DNA of 32,000 bases from Aliivibrio fischeri ES114 (GCF_000011805.1 NC_006842.1); one strand, 5' to 3'. Counted from the first letter of the stretch, positions 1 to 7,445 are shown. The notes: generated from the letters alone by a model not told the origin. Translations and numbers: made by a program.

Positions 1-13
1 CCTTACGGACTCG

Positions 14-310
14 CTATTTTTTTTCAACTGAATAAAGCAATTCAACCGCATTCAAATATGAAAATGAGCTTTCTTTTCCTAAGAAAATCTTCTCAAAAGT
101 AAAGCCTTTAACGTATCTCTTTTTACTCAAATCATAAGTTAAATTACTTGGTTTTTCCTTTTTGTATTTAGTCAAAATCGCACTGGCCGTTGCTCTATGA
201 ATATGAAATTGTTTTGTAATAACATGAACATTCAATTCACCATAAAGATCAACATACGCATCAATAAATCTATATATAATAAGTTCTTGCAGCTCTTTTT
301 GTGACAACAT
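14..310 (-). CDS. small stand-alone winged-HTH protein resembling the N-terminal domain of BrxR/CapW-type WYL regulators
   Basis: 98-aa ORF; segment 'YGELNVHVITKQFHIHRATASAILTKYKKEKPSNLTYDLSKKRYV' fits the remembered pattern of BrxR/CapW N-termini (yGrvnr..L...FgiS..qAS.dL..Y....P.nl.YD...k.Yv). No WYL domain follows; stop at 14-16. Confidence 0.55.
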   Translation of the reverse strand: MLSQKELQELIIYRFIDAYVDLYGELNVHVITKQFHIHRATASAILTKYKKEKPSNLTYDLSKKRYVKGFTFEKIFLGKESSFSYLNAVELLYSVEKK

Positions 311-490
311 TTTTGATTACCCTCAACGATAAAAATATGTAGCTTTTTATTACTCATGAAAAATTAACAGCATAAAAATAATATGTAGTCATTTACTACT
401 TAACAGTATATATCAACACTAAATAAATGAGTAGTAAAAAACGATATAAATGTTAAATATTACATATCGCATTTAGCGCGTGATTTGAAT

Positions 491-499
491 TTATCCACA
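491..499 (+). promoter_or_regulatory. DnaA-box consensus TTATCCACA
   Basis: Exact 9-mer; near-match TGTGGATAT at 549-557 in opposite orientation. Confidence 0.4.
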
Positions 500-570
500 T
501 ATACACATGAGGAGAACTGGAAACCTTCAGGACTATTTCCAGCCGATTGTGGATATGTGGGTAAATTCTG

Positions 571-649
571 TGAGCCGTTAGGCTCATTGGGGGCGAGACG
601 AAGAATGAGTCTCGCGCGCAAAAAAAAACCAATCCGAAGATTGGTTTTT
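571..649. terminator. cluster of three short hairpins, the last a bidirectional terminator-like stem
   Basis: TGAGCC-gtta-GGCTCA (571-586); GCGAGAC...GTCTCGC (593-615); AAAAACCAATC-CGAA-GATTGGTTTTT (624-649), just downstream of the ardC-like stop. Confidence 0.7.
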
Positions 650-654
650 CATCA

Positions 655-1638
655 TTATTTTAATAGCCATTGATGCGCTTTACTTGCTTGGCTTGCTGCT
701 TTAAAAATGAACTTCTTATCTCCATTCAAACGCTCTAACCAACTAACGATATAACTTTCATGCTGAACTTCTCCGACTATCCCTAAATCTGCACAACAAA
801 ACGCCGCCCCCAACTCTGCTATCAACTCTTCAAATGCATAATCTTTTGAACCAAAACTATTTTTTAAATCTCGATCTAAACGACTTTTATGACCAGTAGC
901 GTGAACAAGTTCATGCCATGCCGTTGCATAATAATCAGAAGAAGAATTAAAACGATCAACCATTGGCAACGTAATTTCATCATGTGCAGGAGAGTAAAAA
1001 GCACGAACACCGCAATGATTAATCTTTATCTCTGTATTATGGATCGCCTCTTCTACATAACTCAGTTTAACAAACTCACTTTTTTCTCTGGTTTCTTTTA
1101 CCGTAACCATTGGTTTTTCTATATTTTCCACCTGATCGATATTAAACACAGTAAAAGTTCTTAACATTGGGATAACTTCTTTATTCCCCTCTTCATCTTC
1201 CTTTTCCCAATTTTTATAATAAACAATTGTTGTCCCCTTTTGCCCTTTCATTACATTACCGCCTAATTCATTGGCTTGCTTATAGGTCAACCAATAAGGG
1301 CTAGTAAATCCTTTCTCGACCGTTTCACTCCAAAGCAATAAAATATTTATGCCAGAATAATTCGTTTTTGTTTTAAAATTCATTGGTAACATTGAACATT
1401 CATTGGTTTTATCCCAAGGACAAACCCAAGGCTTCACCCCATTTTCTAATGCTGCTATAACGCGATCTGTAACCATCTGATAAATATCTTTCGATACCTT
1501 AACCACCGCACGTTTTTTACCAAAGCTGCGCTTTTTACCCATTTCATTTTTGTTTGAGCCTGACTGCTCAAACGGGGATACGTTTGTCGCTTCTGTTTCT
1601 TTAGTGATTGTTGAGTTGATAGCAGTTGAATGAGTCAT
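655..1638 (-). CDS. ardC: ArdC-like antirestriction protein (ssDNA-binding N-domain plus zincin-like metallopeptidase)
   Basis: N-terminal region 'KDIYQMVTDRVIAALENGVKPWVCPWDK...NYSGINILLLW...YWLTYKQANELGGNVMKGQKGTTIVYYK', then 'WHELVHATGH' (HExxH zinc motif). Start placed at MTHST... because AGGAAAAACAGCCATG offers an RBS; the track starts 11 codons upstream at 1671. Confidence 0.88.
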   Translation of the reverse strand: MTHSTAINSTITKETEATNVSPFEQSGSNKNEMGKKRSFGKKRAVVKVSKDIYQMVTDRVIAALENGVKPWVCPWDKTNECSMLPMNFKTKTNYSGINILLLWSETVEKGFTSPYWLTYKQANELGGNVMKGQKGTTIVYYKNWEKEDEEGNKEVIPMLRTFTVFNIDQVENIEKPMVTVKETREKSEFVKLSYVEEAIHNTEIKINHCGVRAFYSPAHDEITLPMVDRFNSSSDYYATAWHELVHATGHKSRLDRDLKNSFGSKDYAFEELIAELGAAFCCADLGIVGEVQHESYIVSWLERLNGDKKFIFKAASQASKAHQWLLK

Positions 1639-1871
1639 GGCTGTTTTTCCTATGGTTAAGTGAGTTTTCATCTTCGTCGTCGCCTGACTGTTCGTTTTCT
1701 TGCCATCGTTCTATTGGACAAGGGCGCGAAGCGTTTATATACCCTTGATCAATAGGTTGTGGTGAGAAACGATTAACAGGAAGTAGCGAGACGATATGAA
1801 AAGTCACCCATAGGAAAAATAATGACTCATGAGAATGCTATCAGCGATTACAAGCACTTAAGAGACAGAAG
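1590..1871. promoter_or_regulatory. ~280-nt imperfect inverted repeat (candidate leading-region ssDNA promoter/ssi-like hairpin), copy 1
   Basis: Left arm CTTCTGTTTCTTTAGTG...GATAGCA...ATGAGTCAT..TTTTTCCTATGG; reverse complement of right arm CTTCTGTCTCTTAAGTG...GATAGCA...ATGAGTCAT..TTTTTCCTATGG; apex CTATTGgaCAAGGG...CCCTTGatCAATAG. Confidence 0.55.
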
Positions 1872-1914
1872 TGAAAGCTCTTGCTTTTGGCTCTTGCTTT
1901 TGATGTTGCGATAA
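1822..1914 (+). CDS. possible 30-aa leader peptide mirrored from the ardC start region
   Basis: ATAGGAAAAATAATGACTCATGAG...; MTHENAISDYKHLRDRSESSCFWLLLLMLR*. RBS and first codons mirror the minus-strand ardC start (ATAGGAAAAACAGCCATGACTCAT). Confidence 0.2.
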   Translation: MTHENAISDYKHLRDRSESSCFWLLLLMLR

Positions 1915-2034
1915 GGATTGTCTAGCAGGAACGTAGAGGCCGTTTAAGCTTTGCTTAAATACGGCATCACGTTATCGATAGGAGGAGTGAAACGACGAAA
2001 AGCCTGTTAAATCGCCCAAATTATGATATTTAAG

Positions 2035-2310
2035 CTATTCACGCTCGATGATCACCTTAAGGATCCGATTTAATAGAGTCATAGTATGATAAAAACCACA
2101 AATACTAAGTATTAAAGTAACTCCCAATTTAATTATATGAAACCACATATTTTCAAGAACTTGTTCACTACCACTACTGATCACTGAACATGCGAAAATA
2201 AATCCAAGAAAACAAATAAAAGTATAAACAGCAGCAAGCTTAAAAGAATGAAGCTCTTTAGATATATTCATATTTACATGCAGCCATATAGAGCGATACC
2301 TTGATGACAA
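2035..2310 (-). CDS. small membrane protein, unknown function
   Basis: 91-aa ORF with two or more hydrophobic segments (FICFLGFIFACSVI; LGVTLILSICGFY). Confidence 0.55.
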   Translation of the reverse strand: MSSRYRSIWLHVNMNISKELHSFKLAAVYTFICFLGFIFACSVISSGSEQVLENMWFHIIKLGVTLILSICGFYHTMTLLNRILKVIIERE

Positions 2311-2759
2311 CGTTCAATAGCTTCACCAAGACTTGCAAACATTCCAAGACTACTAGAGCGATCCCACGCGCCACCAGTAAGACACCGCACATCATAACGT
2401 TTTCCCGTTGGCCATGCTTTTAACCAAGCATCCTTTAATTCTTTCTGTCTTTCATAAAACTGACTTTCAGTATCAAGTTTAATTTCGATGTCAATTGAGC
2501 TCATTCGCTTTACATAATCTTGATAAGATTCATCGCTATGCTCGTCAATTTCAATGAATGGTCGGCCATACCAATGCTCCCACTCTAAAGAATCACGGTC
2601 ATTATTTGGTGTAAAATTAAAAGATTCTCTTAGATGAGGATTAATAAAAATATCTTCAACTCTTTCACATGTTTGATTTTCTGGGTAGTGCTCAGGTAAA
2701 TAATCGTCTTTTTGATTTTCCATTTTCATTCCTTCCTTTTTCTCATTTGTTTGTTTCAA
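2274..2759 (-). CDS. hypothetical protein
   Basis: 161-aa ORF in a same-strand gene train; an internal start at MKMENQ or MENQ is possible. Confidence 0.6.
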   Translation of the reverse strand: MKQTNEKKEGMKMENQKDDYLPEHYPENQTCERVEDIFINPHLRESFNFTPNNDRDSLEWEHWYGRPFIEIDEHSDESYQDYVKRMSSIDIEIKLDTESQFYERQKELKDAWLKAWPTGKRYDVRCLTGGAWDRSSSLGMFASLGEAIERCHQGIALYGCM

Positions 2760-3072
2760 ACAAACCGCCTATTTTTGGCTCTATACCGCAATCGTGAGAA
2801 GCATACACCACTTCACGATTGGTTAAAGCTTCCCCGCACAATATACAATTTTCATCAGCTTGTTGATCTAAGTGAAACTCTAGATCTACAGCTTCATTTG
2901 TTGATACTTTCCAGTACTCTTCAGAAAAAAAGTTTGCTTCACTATCTACCAAGCCATCTTTGTGAGGATATGCCGCAGCATATTGAATATTACCATCAGT
3001 GCTATTTTCCAAAATAGCATAACAATCAGGATTGTTTTTTAGAGCTTCTTCATACGTTTTATACGTAGACAT
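2743..3072 (-). CDS. hypothetical protein with possible metal-binding CxxC
   Basis: 109-aa ORF, 'CILCGEALTNREVVYASHDCG'. Confidence 0.6.
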   Translation of the reverse strand: MSTYKTYEEALKNNPDCYAILENSTDGNIQYAAAYPHKDGLVDSEANFFSEEYWKVSTNEAVDLEFHLDQQADENCILCGEALTNREVVYASHDCGIEPKIGGLFETNK

Positions 3073-3074
3073 AA

Positions 3075-3266
3075 TTATTTCTCCGTTTTAGTTTTCGTTA
3101 AAAACGAAAACAAAATAGTTCCGACTAACCAACCATTAAGCCCACTCATAGCCCCATTCTGCCAAGTGTCCCAATGAAAATTCACGGTTACAGCAGTAGA
3201 CAAAATAGCAACAACAAAAAAAACAGGAAGCACTAACAGCCAAGCCTTAAATTTAGAAAAACCCAT
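3075..3266 (-). CDS. small membrane protein
   Basis: 63 aa with two hydrophobic stretches; same-strand gene train. Confidence 0.5.
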   Translation of the reverse strand: MGFSKFKAWLLVLPVFFVVAILSTAVTVNFHWDTWQNGAMSGLNGWLVGTILFSFLTKTKTEK

Positions 3267-3292
3267 GATGATTGACCCCGTCTTTTTTCTGT

Positions 3293-3694
3293 TTAATTAT
3301 CTTCAACATTCTCAATATCATTGAGATTCAAAAGATCTTTATATTGACTCGAAGCATCAATTAAATCCGTAATAGAGATAACATTTGCGGCTAATAGCAT
3401 TAATTGCCATGCACAATAATTCATTGGTACGTGTTCCTTGCTATCAACATGCGTCTCCCAACGCCTAACCGCTTTACACCCTTTCTTACTATACGTTTTT
3501 CCTAATAACGAGCCTAATCTCGCTTGAGGATAACCAAGTAATTGCCGTAATGCTCTTACCTCTTCTGGTGTTGGTGGTAAATGACCAGGATGTGATAAAG
3601 GCAAAGAGCAAGGACGATTACGAAACGCCTCAACAGTGATGGCCGTAGAACTAGAATATTGCGCGTGTTTTTCACACATAAAATAAAACTCCAT
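3293..3694 (-). CDS. XRE/HTH-like DNA-binding protein
   Basis: 'PPTPEEVRALRQLLGYPQARLGSLLGKTYSKKGCKAVRRWETH' resembles an XRE HTH (..R.llG.sQ..lA.llG....tv.rWE..). Confidence 0.6.
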   Translation of the reverse strand: MEFYFMCEKHAQYSSSTAITVEAFRNRPCSLPLSHPGHLPPTPEEVRALRQLLGYPQARLGSLLGKTYSKKGCKAVRRWETHVDSKEHVPMNYCAWQLMLLAANVISITDLIDASSQYKDLLNLNDIENVEDN

Positions 3695-3770
3695 TTGTAT
3701 TTATGGGCTGCGAAGCAGCCCAGCATTTTAGCAACGATAACGGCCAATAGATGGCCGTTACGATTAAAGG

Positions 3771-4226
3771 TTAGATCCAACCTCTTTTAGCAAAAGAGAC
3801 CGTTTCACCAACTCCTATCACAAAATGATCAAGCACTTTTACATCAATAAGCTCTAATGCTGATGATAATCGAGCGGTAATGCGTCTATCCGCATCGCTC
3901 GGCTCTGCAACACCTGACGGATGATTATGAGCAAAAATCACGGCTGCTGCGTTATAATGCAGCACAGATTTAAGCACTTCTCTTGGGTAAACCGAAGCAC
4001 TCGAAATTGACCCAACACTATGCTCAACAAATTTAATTAAACGGTGTTGGTTGTCTAACATTAGAATGGCGAAGACTTCACGCTCTTGATGAACAAGACG
4101 ATTAACACATAACTCAGCCGCTAAATCAGGAGACGTTAACGCAGATGTATTTCTGATCTTAACTTCAATAATTGAAGCCGCTTCTGCAAGGATCATTTTT
4201 TCATTTTCAGTAAACATAGATTTTTC
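3771..4226 (-). CDS. radC: RadC/JAB (MPN+) domain protein
   Basis: '[46 protein letters not shown]' carries the JAMM motif HNHPSG...D. Approximate start at MFTENEKM; the track ORF extends to 4268. Confidence 0.9.
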   Translation of the reverse strand, partial: EKSMFTENEKMILAEAASIIEVKIRNTSALTSPDLAAELCVNRLVHQEREVFAILMLDNQHRLIKFVEHSVGSISSASVYPREVLKSVLHYNAAAVIFAHNHPSGVAEPSDADRRITARLSSALELIDVKVLDHFVIGVGETVSFAKRGWI

Positions 4227-4272
4227 TCGTTGTTGAGGTCTTGGATTATTCCCGACCAGTGCACACATTATA

Positions 4273-4289
4273 CCGCCCTTTAAGGGCGG
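4273..4289. terminator. short perfect inverted repeat, terminator-like
   Basis: CCGCCCTTTAAGGGCGG upstream of radC and downstream of the 4315-4686 gene. Confidence 0.4.
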
Positions 4290-4314
4290 TTAAAAGCTTT
4301 TATTTTATTTATTT

Positions 4315-4686
4315 CTATACAGACCAATAACGCCACATTTTTTCTAATCGTAATTGATTCTGTCTCGATAATGATTGAGCGTTCGCGTTCACTCTTAAAG
4401 CCATTCTCTTATGAACATTAAATGAGGTTAATGTGTTCTCCAATACGGCCATTTTTTCAAAATAAAATGCCTGTTTTGCCCCGTATTGACGAATACAATG
4501 TTCATCTAACGTTGGTCTTATTCTTCGGCCTAATCGTGAATATGCACGATAATTTTTCATGAAACTTTTCATTTTAATCTCTCGCCATATACAGCCAATC
4601 TTCATCATGCCCCAAGTGACAACCACCAATATAAATATTCCAAGAGCAAAAAGTGGCGTATTGAAAACTAATATCCAAAAAATCAA
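4315..4686 (-). CDS. hypothetical membrane-anchored protein
   Basis: N-terminal TM (FALGIFILVVVTWGMM) then a basic domain; 123 aa. Confidence 0.5.
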   Translation of the reverse strand: MIFWILVFNTPLFALGIFILVVVTWGMMKIGCIWREIKMKSFMKNYRAYSRLGRRIRPTLDEHCIRQYGAKQAFYFEKMAVLENTLTSFNVHKRMALRVNANAQSLSRQNQLRLEKMWRYWSV

Positions 4687-4921
4687 TATCCGCTAACGCT
4701 TCGTATGTCCACCCATTTTCAGGAGGAGGCACAACCACAGTAAAATCATCGCCAATACTTTTCAGGATCAGATCATGCTTTCCAAAAACAGATAAAAAAT
4801 CTGGGAAATTTTCGCTCTTTAGACATTCATTTTTGTTTGAGCCTGACTGCTCAAACGGGGATACGTTTGTCGCTTCTGTTTCTTTAGTGATTGTTGAGTT
4901 GATAGCAGTTGAATGAGTCAT
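4574..4921 (-). CDS. hypothetical protein sharing its first ~32 residues with the ArdC-like protein
   Basis: MTHSTAINSTITKETEATNVSPFEQSGSNKNE is identical in both ORFs, followed here by CLKSENFPDFLSVFGKHDLILKSIGDDFTVVVPPP...; same RBS context. Confidence 0.6.
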   Translation of the reverse strand: MTHSTAINSTITKETEATNVSPFEQSGSNKNECLKSENFPDFLSVFGKHDLILKSIGDDFTVVVPPPENGWTYEALADIDFLDISFQYATFCSWNIYIGGCHLGHDEDWLYMARD

Positions 4922-5156
4922 GGCTGTTTTTCCTATGGTTAAGTGAGTTTTCATCTTCGTCATCGCCTGACTGTCCGCTCTCCTGTCATGGTTCTGCCTT
5001 ACAAGGGCGCAATGCGGCGAAGCGAACCCTTGTAAGGGAGGTTCTGATAGGAGACGGTTAACAGGAAGTAGCGAGGCGATATGAAAAGTCACCCATAGGA
5101 AAAATAATGACTCATGAGAATGCTATCAGCGATTACAAGCACTTAAGAGACAGAAG
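4873..5156. promoter_or_regulatory. ~280-nt imperfect inverted repeat, copy 2
   Basis: Same architecture as 1590-1871, with an apex of perfect CCTTACAAGGG (4997-5007) / CCCTTGTAAGG (5027-5037) and lower stem CCGCTCTCCT / AGGAGACGG. Confidence 0.55.
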
Positions 5157-5175
5157 TGAAAGCTCTTGCTTTTGA
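5107..5175 (+). CDS. possible 22-aa leader peptide (copy 2 counterpart)
   Basis: MTHENAISDYKHLRDRSESSCF*, with RBS AGGAAAAATA. Confidence 0.18.
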   Translation: MTHENAISDYKHLRDRSESSCF

Positions 5176-5537
5176 TGTTGCGATAAGGATTGTCTAGCAG
5201 GAACGTAGAGACCGTTTAAGCTTTGCTTAAATACGGCATCACGTTATCGATAGGAGGAGTGAAACGACGAAAAGCCTGTTAAATCGCCCAATATAGGCAT
5301 AAATACATCAAACTTTGCTTGCACAGCAATAAATTATTATTTGGATTGGTATTAACTGAAAACTTTAGGTTAGAATACAGACGGGTGCTTTTGGTTATCA
5401 ATCGAAAGCATGACACAAGTTTTGCAGACGGTAGATAAACAAAAACCCCGAAAGTAAATTTTCATTAACTAACGAGGTTTAAGTGATGTACCCAACAATG
5501 CAAATCTTAGCCTCTATTTTGATAAGAGGCAAGTAAA

Positions 5538-5687
5538 ATGCTGAAAAAATCGGCGGTAACGAGTTTGGTAGTCATTTGCGTGACTATCGTAATAAGTCTT
5601 TGGTTAGTACGAGATTCATTGTGTGACATATCGTATCAATCAGGGAGCACGATAATAACGGCAACACTTGCTTACGAATCAAGGTAG
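5538..5687 (+). CDS. hok: Hok/Gef-family type I toxin
   Basis: MLKKSAVTSLVVICVTIVISLWLVRDSLCDISYQSGSTIITATLAYESR*: one TM followed by 'R-SLC-I-Y-G...A--AYES', the Hok/Gef signature. Too short for the ORF track. Confidence 0.88.
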   Translation: MLKKSAVTSLVVICVTIVISLWLVRDSLCDISYQSGSTIITATLAYESR

Positions 5688-5695
5688 AAGCTGGA

Positions 5696-5719
5696 CGGGT
5701 AGCTGGAAACAGCTACCCG
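5696..5719 (+). other. perfect 10-bp stem with GAAA tetraloop 3' of hok
   Basis: CGGGTAGCTG-GAAA-CAGCTACCCG. Confidence 0.8.
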
Positions 5720-5758
5720 ATTTCAGGTTGTGAGGTACAGGCCACTAGCACCCATATT

Positions 5759-6046
5759 TTACTTTTTACTGACTTTTGAAAAGTAAACCTCAATTGAAGT
5801 AAATCCCAACGATTTAACAAAGGCACTTAATATATCTAATCTCCACGTTCTGAGTTCATCAACACGGCCGTGACGTATTGCATAACCAAGTTGATTGGTT
5901 TCATCGATACCAAATAATGAAAACTTATTGCTTTCATGGTTCGATTCTTGAGCTATCATAGAGCTGATAGTTTTAGTCTCAATAAGGCGTTTAAATTCAC
6001 CTTCTTTAATACGCTTAAATTTCATATCATTCCACCAATGAAACAT
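5759..6046 (-). CDS. hypothetical protein
   Basis: 95-aa ORF, start uncertain (second Met MKFKRIKEG). Confidence 0.5.
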   Translation of the reverse strand: MFHWWNDMKFKRIKEGEFKRLIETKTISSMIAQESNHESNKFSLFGIDETNQLGYAIRHGRVDELRTWRLDILSAFVKSLGFTSIEVYFSKVSKK

Positions 6047-6084
6047 ATCCCCATAATGTAATCTACATATTGATGATATGTAGA

Positions 6085-6282
6085 TTATCGACGTTCTGCT
6101 TTTGGGATGTATCCATACTTTTTGGCAAATTGCGTTACTTCATTAATAGGACGATATTTTTTAAATTCGTCATCTAAATAAATTGAAAACAATCGAATGT
6201 ACTCCTCATAAGAAGTGGCACTCTGTTTACTAGCAAAATCGGCTATATCTTCAACCTTGCGCATCACAGTTCGAGATAACAT
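6085..6282 (-). CDS. hypothetical small protein
   Basis: 65 aa, follows the membrane/wHTH gene on the same strand. Confidence 0.45.
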   Translation of the reverse strand: MLSRTVMRKVEDIADFASKQSATSYEEYIRLFSIYLDDEFKKYRPINEVTQFAKKYGYIPKAERR

Positions 6283-6294
6283 AGATATTCTCCT

Positions 6295-7347
6295 TTAAGC
6301 GTAAGCATAACCATTTCGATATGAACGTAAAAAGCCAGCATGTTTCAAATCCATTAAAACAAAATTAATGGTTTCACGCCCTACTCCCTTAAATTTTTCA
6401 CTAACACCACGTTGACTAGGTTTCACCTCTTTTGCAAGAACCGCTTGTTTGATCTCAAAATAAACTTGCTCATTACATTTTAAATGATCATCGCTGAATG
6501 CTTCATGATGATTATTAATCAACTCAGAAACGCAGTCATTAAAATGTTCGTCATTAACCGCTTGTGAGTGTGTAAGCACTGCGCACGACTGCGCATCAGT
6601 TTGTGACTGCGTTTGAATAACATCAGACGGAATAAGCTCTAGCGCAGACGTTTTTTCATGACTGCTCACGACTGCGTTTGAGTGCGCGTGAGTGCGTTTC
6701 AGTGCATTAGAAACTAACACTAATAACCAACTCATTAATTCAAGCGCACCAGATGTGATGTAACTAATTAATAAACCGAATTTATCAAAGACAGTAGATT
6801 CACTAGGTAGTGTAGATTGACGCTGATATAACGCATCAATACGAACTAAAAGAGGTTCAACTTTTTCTAACGTTCTTTCAGATTTAGTAATAAGGTTTGC
6901 ACTTTGTTGTTTGGCCGCAAGAAGACGTAACTCGTCAACTTGGGTTTTATATTCTTTAATTTGTCGAGAAACGGCTTGATAAGCAGTACTATTTTTTTGA
7001 CTAGCAACAACACCTTGTTCTAAAGCAGCAACAGAAGCAGAGAACGAGACCAGGCTTAATGTCAGACTTAGAGCTAAAGCAAAGAACGCAGAAACGTATT
7101 GTTTTTGTGAAAACAAAAACAATACAAACATAGGAGTAGCACATTTAGCGAAATCAAGCACAATGCCTAATGTGGTCATTAATACAGGTTCGCCCATAGC
7201 TAACCCGATACCATACATAAACTGAGCGGTTAAAATAGCGGATAGGATAGCTGTTGCAATAGATAACACTATACAAACATATTTTAAAGGGTTAGCCGTT
7301 GCAATAGATAGCACTATACAAACGGATTTTAAAATAGTAGAGTTCAT
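6295..7347 (-). CDS. polytopic membrane protein with C-terminal helix-turn-helix-like domain
   Basis: Four or more hydrophobic helices, a long linker, then 'KPSQRGVSEKFKGVGRETINFVLMDLKHAGFLRSYRNGYAY' (wHTH-like). Start uncertain; the N-terminus carries a tandem duplication. Confidence 0.6.
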   Translation of the reverse strand: MNSTILKSVCIVLSIATANPLKYVCIVLSIATAILSAILTAQFMYGIGLAMGEPVLMTTLGIVLDFAKCATPMFVLFLFSQKQYVSAFFALALSLTLSLVSFSASVAALEQGVVASQKNSTAYQAVSRQIKEYKTQVDELRLLAAKQQSANLITKSERTLEKVEPLLVRIDALYQRQSTLPSESTVFDKFGLLISYITSGALELMSWLLVLVSNALKRTHAHSNAVVSSHEKTSALELIPSDVIQTQSQTDAQSCAVLTHSQAVNDEHFNDCVSELINNHHEAFSDDHLKCNEQVYFEIKQAVLAKEVKPSQRGVSEKFKGVGRETINFVLMDLKHAGFLRSYRNGYAYA

Positions 7348-7382
7348 TTGTGATTAATTCCTATTGATTATATTGGTCACAC

Positions 7383-7418
7383 TAAACCTCGGTATTGCTT
7401 GGCGGCTATCGAGGTTTA
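7383..7418. terminator. inverted repeat TAAACCTCG...CGAGGTTTA
   Basis: Perfect 9-bp arms with an 18-nt loop between the par operon and the membrane/wHTH gene. Confidence 0.45.
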
Positions 7419-7445
7419 ACTTTATTTATAGAATTGAATTTTCAA

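Larger units (their letters stand above)
1543..2019. repeat. copy 1 of a ~470-bp direct repeat (partner 4826-5293)
   Basis: Near-identical flanks shared with 4826-5293, a divergent central segment, and a 13-nt internal tandem duplication (ggctcttgctttt) only in copy 1. Confidence 0.97.
4826..5293. repeat. copy 2 of the ~470-bp direct repeat (partner 1543-2019)
   Basis: See the partner repeat. Confidence 0.97.

Noticed and set aside
485-673. 62-aa plus-strand ORF
   Set aside because: Reads through three hairpins and the terminator stem; no family signal.
889-1164. Plus-strand ORF inside ardC, and similar shadow ORFs (2712-3017, 3556-3780, 15431-15616, 15686-16045, 17416-17616, 19125-19334, 30164-30442, 30612-30947)
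   Set aside because: Each is antisense or out of frame within a strongly supported gene.
1601-1807. Minus-strand ORF in the duplicated leader (and the N-terminal extension of 4574-5092)
   Set aside because: The two copies diverge at the protein level and shift frame in the hairpin centre; the preserved signal is structural. The gene start at ATGACTCAT has the better RBS.
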